Assembly (NCBI GenBank): GCA_963766075.1
Contig: CAVYAN010000105.1
Span: forward strand, 42,764-106,763
Source: an uncultured cyanobacterium
Lineage (GTDB): Bacteria > Cyanobacteriota > Cyanobacteriia > Leptolyngbyales > Leptolyngbyaceae
Direction of reading: 5' to 3'
DNA length: 64,000 nt
Each line of letters starts with the position of its first letter. The first letter of the stretch is position 1. Below the pieces are notes generated by a model. That model was not told the origin of the DNA and made no database searches. It saw nothing but the letters and a program-made list of their open reading frames with translations. Positions 29,417-42,191 of the stretch are shown here, piece by piece. The position numbers and the translations under genes were made by a program.

Positions 29417-29744
29417 GCAGCACAGTAAACGCTAAGAGACAGTAAACGCCAGGAACGGAAACCAAAAAGCCAACAGTAGAAGCCATGGGTGACTCAATTA
29501 AACCCTGTCTCCGGCCAGAAGTGTCAAAATCCATTGCATCAATAGTACCAAAATACCATTTCATCCCCTGGGCCGAATGTTTTCATCATGACATGCCAAT
29601 ACCAGAAGCTCTAGCCAAACCGCGATCGCCCGCCCCCCGCCAGGGGAAATCCGCCCGCATCGATTCTCGATCGCCGTACCCCCTTTCCTCCAGGCTTATT
29701 GTTACAATACGTTGCATAACCCGCTCCCGTGTCAGGCTTCCCCC

Positions 29745-31790
29745 ATGAATGTAAAGACGGACACCCGTTCTCCTGCCAATCGCGCCCCATCTTCATCGTC
29801 AGGTTCCGTCAATGCACCGGTTACGCCAACGTGGGTTGCGGACGATCTGCCCCCAGAAGTCGAAGACCATTTGAAACCCATCATTGCTGATTTTGATCCG
29901 AATGGCACTGAGGGACAGCGCTACAACCCCGACACCATTGCGGCCTACTACAAACAGCGTCCATTTGCTGTACTCGCGCGTGTGTTTCAAGTACTGCTGC
30001 CGTTTTTATTCTACGCACTGACCTGGTGGTGGCGCAGCAAGACCGGCAACACCGAAGAACAGCAGCAACGGCAAGCCGTCCAACTGCGCGAGATGTTAAC
30101 CCAACTCGGCCCCGCCTATATTAAGGTCGGGCAGGCATTATCTACCCGTCCAGATTTGGTTCCCCCCATCTACCTCGTAGAACTGACTAAGCTACAGGAT
30201 CAGTTGCCCCCCTTCGATAATGAAATCGCCTACCGCTTTATCGAGGAAGAACTGGGTAGCCGCCCCGAGGAAATCTATGCTGAAATTTCCCCGATGCCCG
30301 TGGCCGCCGCTTCTTTGGGCCAGGTTTATCGCGGACGGCTAAAAACGGGTGAAGAAGTCGCCATCAAGGTGCAGCGTCCCGGTCTGGCTCGCAGCATTGC
30401 CATGGACCTGTACCTGATGCGGGGAATTTCCGCCTGGATGATGAAAAACTTCAAGCGGGTGCGGAGTAATCTCGTTGCCATTACCGACGAATTTGCTGCC
30501 CGGATCTTTGAGGAAATGGATTACACCCAGGAAGGGCGGAATGCCGAGCGCTTTGCCAGTTTGTATGGCTACATGCCCGATATTTATGTGCCCCAGATTT
30601 ACTGGAAGTACACGGGGCGGCGCGTGCTGACGATGGAGTGGATCAATGGCACCAAGTTGACCCAAATTGATGAAATTACCGCCCAGGGCATTGATGCCAC
30701 GTATCTAATCGAAGTCGGCGTGCAATGCTCCCTGCGCCAATTGCTAGAGAATGGCTTTTTCCACGCGGATCCCCATCCCGGCAATCTGCTGGCCATGCCC
30801 AATGGCAAATTGGCCTATTTGGACTTCGGCATGATGAGTGAGATGAAGCCCTATCAGCGCTATGGCCTCATCGAGGCGATTGTGCATCTGGTCAATCGGG
30901 ACTTTGAAGGACTCGCCAACGATTACGTCAAGCTGGAATTTTTGACCCCGGATGTGGACTTGACGCCGATCATCCCGGCTTTTGCTCTGGTATTTAAGGA
31001 TGCCCTGGGTGCGAGCGTGGCGGAAATTAATATTAAGAGCATCACCGATCAGCTTTCGGCAGTCATGTACGAATATCCCTTCCAAGTTCCGGCTTACTTT
31101 GCCTTAATTATTCGCTCTCTCGTCACCCTGGAGGGCATTGCTATCGGTGTAGATCCGGATTTTAAGGTGTTGAGCAAAGCCTATCCCTATGTGGCAAAGC
31201 GGCTGTTGACGGATCCGGCCCCGGAGTTGCGATCGTCCCTGAAGGATCTCCTGTTCAAGGATGAAACCTTTCGCTGGAACCGCTTAGAAAATCTTCTGCG
31301 CAATGCTCGCGATAATTCTGACTATGATCTGGATAAAGTGGTAGACCAAACTCTGGAGTATTTGTTTTCGGAACGGGGAAGTTTAATTCGCTATCAGTTA
31401 GTGGATGTTGCAGTCAAGGGTTTAGATACATTTGGTAGTAATGCTGTACACCAATTCAGTGATGCGATCGCTACCCGTCTGGGCATCACCCTCGCGCCGC
31501 CGGAAAATCTGTCTGAAAATCAAAAAAACCTGGAGCAGATCCAGCGCATTTGGGGAATTTTGCAGGAAACCCAGGGCTTTGATCCCACCAAGGTGCTACC
31601 GATTTTGCCGCGCCTGCTGGTGAAGCCAGAACTGCACCAGATGGGACAGCAAATTGCCAGCGGCTTGGCACAACGGGCGATCGCTCGCTTTATTCGCGAA
31701 GTCCTGATTGCCGCTCCCGACTCGCCCCTACCGGTAGCCACGCCCCACACCACCCATCCTCGGCTATCCCCCGCCCAATCGACGCGTTAG
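29745..31790 (+). CDS. ABC1/AarF/UbiB family atypical kinase
   Basis: LGPAYIKVGQ, AAASLGQVY, VAIKVQRP, FFHADPHPGN, DFG. Confidence 0.95.
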   Translation: MNVKTDTRSPANRAPSSSSGSVNAPVTPTWVADDLPPEVEDHLKPIIADFDPNGTEGQRYNPDTIAAYYKQRPFAVLARVFQVLLPFLFYALTWWWRSKTGNTEEQQQRQAVQLREMLTQLGPAYIKVGQALSTRPDLVPPIYLVELTKLQDQLPPFDNEIAYRFIEEELGSRPEEIYAEISPMPVAAASLGQVYRGRLKTGEEVAIKVQRPGLARSIAMDLYLMRGISAWMMKNFKRVRSNLVAITDEFAARIFEEMDYTQEGRNAERFASLYGYMPDIYVPQIYWKYTGRRVLTMEWINGTKLTQIDEITAQGIDATYLIEVGVQCSLRQLLENGFFHADPHPGNLLAMPNGKLAYLDFGMMSEMKPYQRYGLIEAIVHLVNRDFEGLANDYVKLEFLTPDVDLTPIIPAFALVFKDALGASVAEINIKSITDQLSAVMYEYPFQVPAYFALIIRSLVTLEGIAIGVDPDFKVLSKAYPYVAKRLLTDPAPELRSSLKDLLFKDETFRWNRLENLLRNARDNSDYDLDKVVDQTLEYLFSERGSLIRYQLVDVAVKGLDTFGSNAVHQFSDAIATRLGITLAPPENLSENQKNLEQIQRIWGILQETQGFDPTKVLPILPRLLVKPELHQMGQQIASGLAQRAIARFIREVLIAAPDSPLPVATPHTTHPRLSPAQSTR

Positions 31791-31832
31791 TCAGACGCGT
31801 TAGTCAGACGCGTTAATCAGACGCATTAATCA
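31781..31832. repeat. 13-bp tandem repeat, four copies, over the stop codon
   Basis: GACGCGTTAGTCA-like units. Confidence 0.9.
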
Positions 31833-32467
31833 ATGGCCTAACAAAACTTTAGGCATAACAAAACTTTAGCCACTATCAATCGCGACACTACAGCAGTGAT
31901 GCGGTAAATCGTACTGCCAACCAACCGCAGGAAAGGGAATGCAGCTACAGAAGAAAATGGGATCCGTAGAATCTCCTATTTTTTATCCGCATTGCTCTAT
32001 TCCACCCACTTAATATCAGTAATTATCCAATTGCAACCCAAGGGACCAGAAAACTATCCGGCTAAAAACCGCTAGTCAAAGCCAGTTCAGGCATTTTTTC
32101 TGTGTCTATACGTAAAACCCATGAGATTCCGCAAACAGTAACCGACGCAGGGATAGTTCTTGATTGTTTTCACGTATTTACATGAGTCACCTTGCAGTTT
32201 GACAGCGTTCAATCTGTCCTTTAATATTTCAAAGCTGCGATCAGTCCCATCCCCGCACTAGAGTTTTGTCGCCAGGATTACATTTGAAATTTGATCACGC
32301 CACATATGGCGGATTCAATTTAGACGTGATACTATCGATAGCGTCGAGGGCCGAAATGGCACTGCATCTAGTCTGCTGGGTTTCGGAGCCGATGTCTCTA
32401 CGAATCGGCTGGATTGAATCAAATTTTCTAACTTGCAAACACTCCATTAGCCACCAACGGAAGTTTT

Positions 32468-32680
32468 ATGACCTACCAACAACACTTGTCTCCCTGGGTA
32501 ATCAACAAACTGCTCCCTAACCTGCAACAGTCCGTTGTATATCGTTGTCGGCGGCGGCATGAAGCCGAGGCGTACCTCAAGGTTCTGAAGCGTCACCAGC
32601 CCGATGCCCAGTTTGAAATTGTATTTGCCGTCGCTGAGCGCGTTGTTTTAGGTGCAACTACGGAACTGAAGTCAGCGTAG
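32468..32680 (+). CDS. Small hypothetical protein (70 aa)
   Basis: MTYQQHLSPW...LPNLQ...RCRRRHEAEAYL; followed by a terminator. Confidence 0.7.
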   Translation: MTYQQHLSPWVINKLLPNLQQSVVYRCRRRHEAEAYLKVLKRHQPDAQFEIVFAVAERVVLGATTELKSA

Positions 32681-32710
32681 GCAAGCATCCCAAACAGTTG
32701 TAATTTCTAG

Positions 32711-32765
32711 CTTTACTTTGGAATGTTGTAGTTGAACGGTTAACATTCCAAAGTAAAGTTTTTTT
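32711..32765 (+). terminator. Intrinsic terminator
   Basis: 17-bp arms CTTTACTTTGGAATGTT / AACATTCCAAAGTAAAG followed by a T-run. Confidence 0.85.
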
Positions 32766-32905
32766 AGTGAACATTCATAAATCCATCACGGCATGGGAAA
32801 AGCTTGATGGGCGATTTTTCTCATCCGTAGTTCTAGATGATACAGCTTGGGGACTCCTGGGCACATTGATCTCAGTACCACCTGTCCTTCATCACTGAGA
32901 TTGAA

Positions 32906-33736
32906 ATGCTAGGGTCTATTCGCCAATCGCAAGATATGGAAGTCGCTTTCCTCTTTCAGAAAGGGCTCCATCTGAACAAGCGCAAAGATTATAAAGCCGC
33001 GATCACCAGCTACGATCGCATTCTGCAAATCCAATCCGACTTTACTGATGCTTGGTACAACCGTGGCAATGCCCTGTACCATCTCGGTCATTATGCAGAG
33101 GCAATCCAGAGCTACAATCACGCTCTAGAGCTAGAACCGGGCTTTCCCGAAGCCTGGAACAACCGAGGAAGCGCCCTCGATGACTTGCAATGCTACGAAG
33201 ACGCGATCGCCAGCTACGACAAGGCGATTAAATATCGGCCTAGCTATGCCTGGGCCTGGTATAACCGAGGCATTTCCCTCCGTAATCTAGGCCGCTATGA
33301 AGAAGCCATATTTAGCTACGATCGGGCGATCGAGTTTAAGCCAGACTATTATTGGGCCTGGTATAACCGCGCCTTGGCGTTACGCCAGTTAGACCGCATG
33401 GAAAAAGTGGTGATTAGCTATGACAAAGCCCTGGAATTTAAGCCAGACTTTGAAGAAGCCTGGAACAATCGTGGCAACGCCCTGTACTATTTAGGCCAGT
33501 TTGAATCAGCGATTTTGAGCTACGATCGCGCCCTGTCCCTGAAACCGAATAGCCCGAATACTCTATATAACAAAGCCTGTTGCTATGCGCTACAAGGCAA
33601 TTTCGAGTTAGCCTTTGAGAATTTGCAACACGCGGTGGCCCTGAAACCGGATGAGTATCGCGAAATCGCCAAGACCAACTCTGACTTTGACGCGCTTCGG
33701 CAGGACCGCCGCTTCTTGTCGCTGATTAACGGATAG
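32906..33736 (+). CDS. TPR protein
   Basis: Repeated 34-aa AWYNRG..L..LG.YEEAI.SYDRA units; terminal YNKACCYA. Confidence 0.93.
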   Translation: MLGSIRQSQDMEVAFLFQKGLHLNKRKDYKAAITSYDRILQIQSDFTDAWYNRGNALYHLGHYAEAIQSYNHALELEPGFPEAWNNRGSALDDLQCYEDAIASYDKAIKYRPSYAWAWYNRGISLRNLGRYEEAIFSYDRAIEFKPDYYWAWYNRALALRQLDRMEKVVISYDKALEFKPDFEEAWNNRGNALYYLGQFESAILSYDRALSLKPNSPNTLYNKACCYALQGNFELAFENLQHAVALKPDEYREIAKTNSDFDALRQDRRFLSLING

Positions 33737-33881
33737 GGCAACACTGCAAGCCCCTCCAGTGGAACTATCCTCCGCCTTCAGTGAGCATGAGCTGCCTGAG
33801 GGCGGAGGATAATTGCTATGGAGCCTTGATGACAAAGGGCTAGCCCCTTTATTTCTGGCCCTTTTTATTTCACGGGTTCCC

Positions 33882-36800
33882 TTACTTCACCGGACTGACC
33901 ACCTTCATGGCTTCGCTACTGGCTTCCGGCGAATCCTTTTCCGAGGGTGGCACCACTTGCCAGAACTGGGGCAAGTAGTCGGCCCAGTTGGCCAGAATGG
34001 TTTTGGCCTTGGGACTACTGGTGCGATCGCGGTGGGCTTCAATCAACTCCTTTAACTGGCGTTCTCCTGCCTGGGTCGTCACCCGCTGAATTTTGACGAT
34101 TTCCGGATTGATTTTCTCCGGGAAATTGCCCGCTTCATCGAGGAAATAGGCCAGACCGCCCGTCATGCCAGCGCCCACGTTCCGGCCACATTTACCCAAA
34201 ACAACGATGACCCCGCCCGTCATGTACTCACAGCAGTGATCGCCTGTCCCTTCTACGACGGCTTGGGCCGTAGAATTACGCACAGCAAACCGTTCTCCGG
34301 CTTGGCCATTGGCAAACAGGTAGCCCCCGGTAGCACCATACAGACAGGTATTGCCGATGATTACGTTGGCGGCAGCATCATAGGTAGCGGCAGAAGGCGG
34401 TGTAATCACGATTTCGCCGCCATGCATGCCCTTGCCCACGTAGTCGTTGGCTTCTCCTTGCAGATTCAGGATCATTCCTGGCAAGTTAAAGGCACCAAAG
34501 CTTTGGCCGATCGCCCCAGTAAAGTTAAAGGTCAGTTGGCCACCAAACCCTGTGTTGCCGTACCGTTTGGCGATCGCCCCAGCAATGCGAGCCCCCACCG
34601 AGCGATCGGTATTGACCACAGGACTGGTCTTCACGAGATGGGTTTGGTCAGTGATCGCCGCCTGCACTCCGGATCCTGCAACAACACATCATCCAGAACG
34701 GGACCGTTGCTATGCACGGGTTCATGGGTCAGCCAGGTCCGCTGTTGCCGTGTATCCGGCAGTTGGGTAAGGCAGTCCAGATTCAGGCGTTCAGTCTTCG
34801 CAATTTTGGCATTGTCCCGCAGCTTCAGCAAATCCGCCCGACCAATCACGTCATTCAGGGACCGGTAGCCGAGACGGGCCAACAGCGATCGCGTTTCCTC
34901 CGCCACAAACAGGAAGAAATTCACCACATGTTCCGGCGTGCCGGGGAAGCGCTTGCGCAATTCTTCCTTCTGACTAGTCACCCCCACGGGACAGCTATTC
35001 GTATGGCAAATCCGGGCCATAATGCAGCCTTCGGCAATCATAGCGATCGAGCCGAAACCAAACTCCTCTGCTCCCATCAGCGCTGCCATTAGGACATCCC
35101 AACCCGTTTTGATGCCTCCATCGACCCGTAAGAGGACGCGATCGCGCAGTTGGTTTTGCAGCAATACCCGATGCACTTCCGTCAGCCCTAATTCCCAGGG
35201 ACTACCCGCATGTTTGATTGAACTCAGCGGCGAGGCACCAGTCCCGCCATCATGGCCGGAAATTTGGATAATGTCGGCGTTGGCTTTGGCGACGCCAGCG
35301 GCGATCGTGCCAATGCCCACCTCCGACACCAGTTTGACCGAGACCTGCGCCACTGGGTTAATTTGATGCAGATCAAAAATTAATTGCGCTAGGTCTTCAA
35401 TCGAATAAATATCATGGTGAGGCGGCGGTGAAATCAGCGTCACTCCGGGCTTGGAGCGCCGCAGCATGGCAATGTAGGCACTCACCTTGGGTCCGGGCAG
35501 TTGGCCGCCTTCCCCCGGCTTGGCCCCTTGCGCCAGTTTAATTTCAATTTGCTTGGCACTCATCAGATACTCGGGAGTAACGCCAAACCGCCCAGAAGCA
35601 ACTTGCTTAATCGATGAATTCGCGGTGTCGCCGTTACGCAGGCCATTCAGGTGCGGCAAGGACGTGGAATGGCCGCTCGCATCCACATCGTTCAGGACAG
35701 GGAAGCGAACTGGATCTTCCCCGCCTTCGCCGGAGTTGGACTTACCTCCCAGGCGGTTCATGGCGATCGCCAGTACTTCATGGGCCTCCCGCGACAGCGC
35801 CCCCAGGGACATACCGCCCGTGCAGAATCGCTGCACAATCTCGGTGGCCGATTCAACGTCCTCTAAGGGAATGGCGGGGCGATCGCTCTGAAAGTCCAGC
35901 AAATCTCGCAGTGCGGTCAGGGGACGCTCTTCGAGATACTTTTGATAGAGCGCATAGTGGTCGTAACCCTGGGTAGTCACCGCCTTATGCAAATGCTTCG
36001 CCATCTCGGGGCTATTCATGTGGTACTCGCCAGAAGGGCGATAGTTGACAAAGCCGTAGTTTTCCAGCTTCTTAATCGTCAATTCTGGAAAAGCCCGACT
36101 GTGGAAAGACATCACTTCCTGGGCCAGATCCGTCAGGGTCAGCCCGCCCAGACGGGAGGCTGTGCCTGAAAAGCCCGTACTCAGCAAATCACCACCAATG
36201 CCGATCGCCTCAAAAATCTGGGCTCCATGGTAGCTAGACAGCAGAGAAATCCCCATTTTCGAGAGGATTTTTAGCAACCCTGACTCAATCGCCTTGCGAT
36301 AGTTAGCCTGGGCCGTAGCAACATCAATCGCAGGCAACTTGCCCCGCTCCATCAGGTTTTGGGTTTTGGTATTGCCCCACCACTGCCGCACAGACTCCAA
36401 GGCCAGATAAGGATACACGGCACTGGCTCCATAGCCAATCAAGCAGGCAAAGTGGTGCGTACTCCAGCACTGGGCTGTGGACACGACAATGGATGCCCGC
36501 ATCCGCAATCCTTGACGAATTAAATGATGATGCACAGCCCCCACGGCCAGCAGCGGCGGAATATAGCTGAAATCCGTGGTCAGGGTGCCCCGATTGCCAT
36601 TGACGTCGAGGCGATCGCTCAGAATCAAAATCTTCGAGCCATTCCGAACTGCCGCCGCCGCCCGTTCACACAGCTTGGCAACGGCACGCTTTAAGCCATC
36701 CGGCCCCTCGGCCACCGCCACTAATGTAGACAGTTCCTGCGCCACAAACTCTGACTCACGCATCTGGGCCAGTTCCGCTTCGCCCAGCACCGGGGATTCC

Positions 36801-38542
36801 AATTTCAAGAGATGGGCATATTCTGGTTGGGTGTCGAGGAGATTACTGCGATCGCCCAACTGCATGGTCAGGGACATCACCAGCTTCTCCCGCAAAGGGT
36901 CGATTGCCGGATTGGTCACCTGGGCAAACCGCTGTTTAAAGTAGTCGTACAGCAGATGCGGCTTGGCCGACAAAATCGCCAAGGGCGCATCATCGCCCAT
37001 ACAGAACGTCGGCTCTGCCCCCTTGGCCCCCATCTCTTCAATGATCAACTCAACATCTTCTGCCGTGTAGCCAAAGGCCGTTTGCAGGCGTAAGAGTTGC
37101 TCCACTGGCAAAGCCGCCGCCGTGGCCGTAAACGCCTGCTTGGTGATTGTCCGTCGATTTGCCGCCAGCCATTCCCCATAGGGATGCTTGTGGGCCACCC
37201 GCTGCTTCACATCCCAGTTATGCAGAATTTCGCGGTTCTCCAGATCCACCAAAATCATCTGACCTGGGCCCAGGCGACCCTTTTCAATAATGTCCGCCTC
37301 CGGCAAGTCCACCACCCCCGCCTCCGAAGACACCACCACATAGCCATCTCGAGTAATGCTGTAGCGGGCTGGACGCAGGCCGTTGCGATCGAGCGTTGCC
37401 CCCACGGTTTTGCCATCACTAAACACCAGCAGCGCCGGACCATCCCAGGGTTCCTGAATGCCGCTGTAGTACTCGTAGAAATCCGTAATTTCGGGATAGG
37501 CCTTCAGTTCGGGCTGATTTTGGTACGCCTCTGGCACCATGATCATCAGGGCTTCCTGGGGACTGCGACCCGATCTCACCAGCAGCTCCATCACATTGTC
37601 TAAGTTAGCCGAATCACTATTCTCCGCATTGACCGTCGGCTTCAGGTCGTCAAGCTGGGTGCCCGTCCAGGAGGGATGGGCCAGATCCGCCTCCCGCGCC
37701 ACCATCCAGTTAATATTTCCCAGGAGGGTATTAATTTCGCCGTTGTGTCCCAGCAGGCGCATCGGCTGGGCCAGATGCCAGCGCGGCATGGTGTTCGTGC
37801 TGAACCGACGGTGATACACTGCGAACTGACTAATGTAGTCCGGTTGCTGAAGGTCAGTATAAAACTCACCCAGTATCGCCGATCGCACCATGCCCTTGTA
37901 GACAATCGTGCGGCAGGACAGAGAGCAGATGTAGAAATCGCGATAGTCCGAGGCCCCGGCGGCCTCTGTCGCGATCGCCCGATTAATTTTGCGCCGCAGA
38001 CGATACAGTCGCCGTTCTAGCGCGTCCCCTTGCAGTTCAGATTGCACAAAAAACTGCTCAATCGTGGGCTGATTCTCCCGCGCCTGCACCCCCAACAACT
38101 CAGGACGTACGGGCACCACTCGCCAGCCCAGTAGGGGTAAATTCTCAGACTTCAGGACGCGTTCGCAGATGGAGCGGGCGATCGCTGCCGCCTCCGACTT
38201 CTGGGGCAAAAACACCATGCCCACACCAATATTTTCTCTAGCAGGGATATCAACACCCTGCCCCGCCAACCAGCGATCAAACAATTCCCACGGCAACGCC
38301 GTCATCAATCCCGCACCGTCTCCAGAGTCGCGATCAGCACTACATCCCCCCCGATGCTCCAAGCAGGTCAATGCCGACAATGCCTGTTCGATGAGTCGAT
38401 GGCTACCCTGCCCATTTTGGTCGGCTAAAAACCCGACACCACAGGCATCCCGCTCTTCGACTAACCAGCGCTGCCCATCATACCCGACAGACGATGAATC
38501 CTGATGCCAATGGTCGTGCTGATTCACAATAGTTCTACCCAT
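33882..38542 (-). CDS. glsF: Ferredoxin-dependent glutamate synthase; frameshift near 34667
   Basis: [39 protein letters not shown]-terminal GXGXG domain in ORF 33882-34667; no small subunit adjacent. Confidence 0.93.
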
Positions 38543-39349
38543 GAGACGGCTGTATGCAATTGACTAAAAAAGCTTCAAACAAGCGTAACGGTCTTCACTT
38601 AAGCGTACCTGGAACTCGAAATCGAGTGCAGAATGGATAACCCCAATCCTTTGACAAAAAGCAGATGAACGAAAAACCATCTCGCACCAGTCTTGCCGTC
38701 TTGCCAAATTCGCCAAAAGACAGAAATTGTGTCTTCCAGAGAAAGATCATCGAGGAAATTGCCACAGGAAGTAGTTGCACTTGTTACGAATGGTTAAATT
38801 GAATTTTCAGGCTTCCCCCAGGGCTTTAACGTTTCCCTAATGCCTTAATCCAAAATCGCACTGTTAACAACCCGCAATATTCCCCGTGAAAAACAGGATC
38901 CTGTTCTCACCTGTCTCTTACGGGGCAACTTAGGCGGCGATCGCGTTCCCTTAAGAAACCGCAAAGAACTGGTCGGCCTTCAAGCCAATCGTTCCTGCAG
39001 TCCCGTCGCTCGACTAGCCCTATGGCTGAGTAGCACCCAGCCTACAGTAATCTTTCGTCCTAGTTCTTCCTCTGAGATCTGCCTTTGTGAACAGATCTGT
39101 CTTTGTAAACAGACCTGTAGGCCGATGAGAAGGTCCCTCCCAAACATGCCCAGTCAAGACCGAGAAAACGTCTACAACACATTCATGCATTGCAGATAAA
39201 TGAGTTAAGACAGGGTGACGAGAGAGGTACCTGCTCTCTCCTAGCCACATGTCACATCGGTTTAGATAACAGAGATATGAATTCTATAGGAAATATATGG
39301 GACTGACAATCCCCGCCTTTCTGTCCCCAACCCAATTTTTTAACCCAGA

Positions 39350-41254
39350 ATGGATGGCACAGCCTCCACGTTTTCTATACGCCTTTTGCCCATGTGCCGT
39401 CTTTTTATGATTCAACGCATTTCTGGCCTATCCTTTGCCTCTCTGCTCTTGGGCCTAGCTTCGATCTCCAACGCGGCTGCGCCCCCCGTCGCGAAGCCCA
39501 ACAACACGCTCGACCCGGTAAAGCACTCCCAACCGTGGCCCAGGCAGTCCAGCCCCCTCCTACTCGGCCAAGCCAGTCCCCAGTCGATTTTCCAAGGCAA
39601 TCAGGTCATGCTCAATGGGCAGACTCTGCCTATTCCGTGGAGTCAATGGCGATCGCCCCAGAGCCGAATTGGCATCAGCGATTGGGGCCTCTCTCAGCTT
39701 TTTGGCGTTGAGCTGCTCAACACCCCTGACGCCGCCCAACAGCCCATCCAGTGGTTTTCCGATCCAGCACAAAATCCGCTGCCGTTGCTGACCCGCATTA
39801 CTCCCCCGCTACGTTACCTGGACATAACGGATTGGGCCCAAAAATTAGGCTGGCAGATGCAAGTGCAAGGATCAATACTGCAAATTTCTTCCCCAGCAGC
39901 CAACGTCCTGGCCATTCGGCACGGCAAGCAGCCTTGGGGCGATCGCCTTGTTCTTGACCTTGATCGTCCCGCCCCCTGGCAAATCGATGAACCCGCCGGA
40001 GAATTCATCGTGAATTTGGATGCGGCGATCGCCCCGACCACGATCCAAAGCGTCCAATTCACCCCCAGCACCTCAGTCCAAGCGCTCAAACTCGAATCAG
40101 GCCCCAATCAAACCCGTATCCGTTTGAACACAAGTCTGCGCCCCCGTGTCTGGAGCTTAACCAGTCCCAATCGCCTCGTCATTGATGTTCGGCCCGACTC
40201 CCCTGTCGATCAAGACATCCAATGGGCCCCCGGCCTGCGCTGGCGCAGGCAAACCCTGACCCTGGGACCCAATCGATTTCCAGTGCTCTGGTTAGAAGTC
40301 AATCCTCGCCAGCCGGGACTCAGCATTCAGCCCATATTACCCAATGCCACCACCCTAGTCGGCACCGCCCCCCTCGCCCAAACCGCCCGCCAAACCCAAG
40401 CCATCGCCGCGATTAATGCAGGCTTCTTCAACCGCAATAACCAACTTCCCTTAGGCGCAATTCGCCAAGAGGGCCGCTGGCGATCGGGGCCGATTTTAGG
40501 CCGAGGGGCGATCGCCTGGGATGCCACAGGCAACCTCAAAATTGCCCGCCTCACTCTCCAGGAAAGCCTGCGCACACCCACGGGCCAGTTCCCCCTGACC
40601 CATCTCAACAGTGCCTACCTGCAAGCAGGCATTGCCCGCTACACGTCGGACTGGGGATCAACCTACACACCCCTCACCGACGCCGAAATCCTGGTTACTG
40701 TACAAAACAATCAGGTCATCACTCAACAGCCTGCAACCAGTAATACTCCCGTACCGATCCCTGCGAATGGTTTCATTCTGGTACTGCGCTCTAACCAAGC
40801 TGCTGCCGCGGCCTTGGCTCCCGGTACAACTCTACGCCTCGACCAGAGCATCAGCCCACCCGACTTCGATCGCTTTCCCCGCATCATTGCCGCTGGCCCC
40901 TTGCTGCTCCAAAATCGCCAAATTGTCCTCGACCCAGAAACTGAAAAATTCAGTAAGGCATTTATTCAAGAACTGGCCGCCCGCAGCGCGATCGGCATCA
41001 CCGCCAATGGCACCGTCCTCTTGGTAACCGTTCATACCCGCATCAGCGGCGGCGGGGCCAGCCTCAGTGACATCGCTCAAATCATGCAGCAGCTCGGTGC
41101 TATTGATGCCCTCAACTTAGACGGCGGTAGTTCCACTACTCTGTACCTCGGCGGCCAAATCCGCGATCGCCTACCCCGCACAGCCGCCCGCGTCCACAAC
41201 GGTATTGGTATTTTTCTACAACCTACTCCCTCAGGAAATCCGCCCCAGCCATAG
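39350..41254 (+). CDS. Phosphodiester glycosidase (NAGPA-like) family exported protein; start probably 39392 or 39407
   Basis: AAINAGFF, ARSAIG, ALNLDGGSST motifs. Confidence 0.85.
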   Translation: MDGTASTFSIRLLPMCRLFMIQRISGLSFASLLLGLASISNAAAPPVAKPNNTLDPVKHSQPWPRQSSPLLLGQASPQSIFQGNQVMLNGQTLPIPWSQWRSPQSRIGISDWGLSQLFGVELLNTPDAAQQPIQWFSDPAQNPLPLLTRITPPLRYLDITDWAQKLGWQMQVQGSILQISSPAANVLAIRHGKQPWGDRLVLDLDRPAPWQIDEPAGEFIVNLDAAIAPTTIQSVQFTPSTSVQALKLESGPNQTRIRLNTSLRPRVWSLTSPNRLVIDVRPDSPVDQDIQWAPGLRWRRQTLTLGPNRFPVLWLEVNPRQPGLSIQPILPNATTLVGTAPLAQTARQTQAIAAINAGFFNRNNQLPLGAIRQEGRWRSGPILGRGAIAWDATGNLKIARLTLQESLRTPTGQFPLTHLNSAYLQAGIARYTSDWGSTYTPLTDAEILVTVQNNQVITQQPATSNTPVPIPANGFILVLRSNQAAAAALAPGTTLRLDQSISPPDFDRFPRIIAAGPLLLQNRQIVLDPETEKFSKAFIQELAARSAIGITANGTVLLVTVHTRISGGGASLSDIAQIMQQLGAIDALNLDGGSSTTLYLGGQIRDRLPRTAARVHNGIGIFLQPTPSGNPPQP

Positions 41255-41617
41255 CCCCTCGGCAACCGACTCTTTTCCGTAGCCTGTAGCTTGATTGATA
41301 CGCCTATATCTTGATTTATATAAAGAGTTGATGAGAGTTACAGCATACAAGAGGTTCTAGGTAGAAGCCCTGACAGAGATTTGCTATGGTGACTTCTGGT
41401 GAAGCGCAGGGAATACTGTTAATGCCAGTCATTTAATAATGTCAGTCATCTAAACGCACTAGTCCACCTAGGCGCTGTTTAATCCATCCCTGCCTGAGCT
41501 CTTTAAGGAAACTTCTCACACAGTATTAAGCGTGATCGGAAGCCTTAAGTAAAATTCCTCTTTAAGAACCTAATCTTTGGTACCGGCCTCATACTCAATC
41601 CCTTAGGAGAATTCCCC

Positions 41618-42049
41618 GTGGTTCAAGCACAAGTTCAAGAGATTCAAGATGTGTTGACCCCAGCCGCTGCGATCGCCAGCCTGCCACACACCCTCGCCTC
41701 CACCGAACTCCGCCCTTGGGGGGCCTTCACCATCCTCGAAGAAGCCCGTGGCTACAAAATCAAACGGATCGAAGTCAAACCTGGCCATCGCCTCAGCTTG
41801 CAAATGCACCATCACCGCAGTGAGCACTGGATCGTCGTATCTGGCACGGCGCGCGTCCTCTGTGGCGATACAGAGCAAACCCTCAGCAGCAACCAATCCA
41901 CCTACGTGCCGCAGTGCACTCCCCACCGTTTGGAAAACCCCGGCGTCATTCCCCTCATCTTAATCGAGGTTCAAAACGGTGAATATCTGGGCGAAGATGA
42001 CATTATTCGTTTTCAAGATGACTACGCCCGCATCCCGGCTTCTGTCTAG
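41618..42049 (+). CDS. Mannose-6-phosphate isomerase type II C-terminal cupin protein
   Basis: RPWG, LSLQMHHHRSEHWIVVSG, YLGEDDIIRFQD. Confidence 0.92.
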   Translation: MVQAQVQEIQDVLTPAAAIASLPHTLASTELRPWGAFTILEEARGYKIKRIEVKPGHRLSLQMHHHRSEHWIVVSGTARVLCGDTEQTLSSNQSTYVPQCTPHRLENPGVIPLILIEVQNGEYLGEDDIIRFQDDYARIPASV

Positions 42050-42191
42050 GTTGAATTGACTCCTCCCCTTGCAAACTCGCGCAGTCCGAATTTCCCTAAT
42101 CGCCCTTTGTCCAGTACAGAGGGCGATTTATCGTGAAGAGGGTAATCTAGCGATAGGATAATCAGTGAGCTTCCTATGCCCACCCCTCCTA

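Noticed and set aside
34631..34680. Programmed frameshift or natural split of glutamate synthase (likewise rne, recN)
   Set aside because: No slippery heptamer or stimulatory structure seen; similar single indels in six unrelated genes point to assembly error
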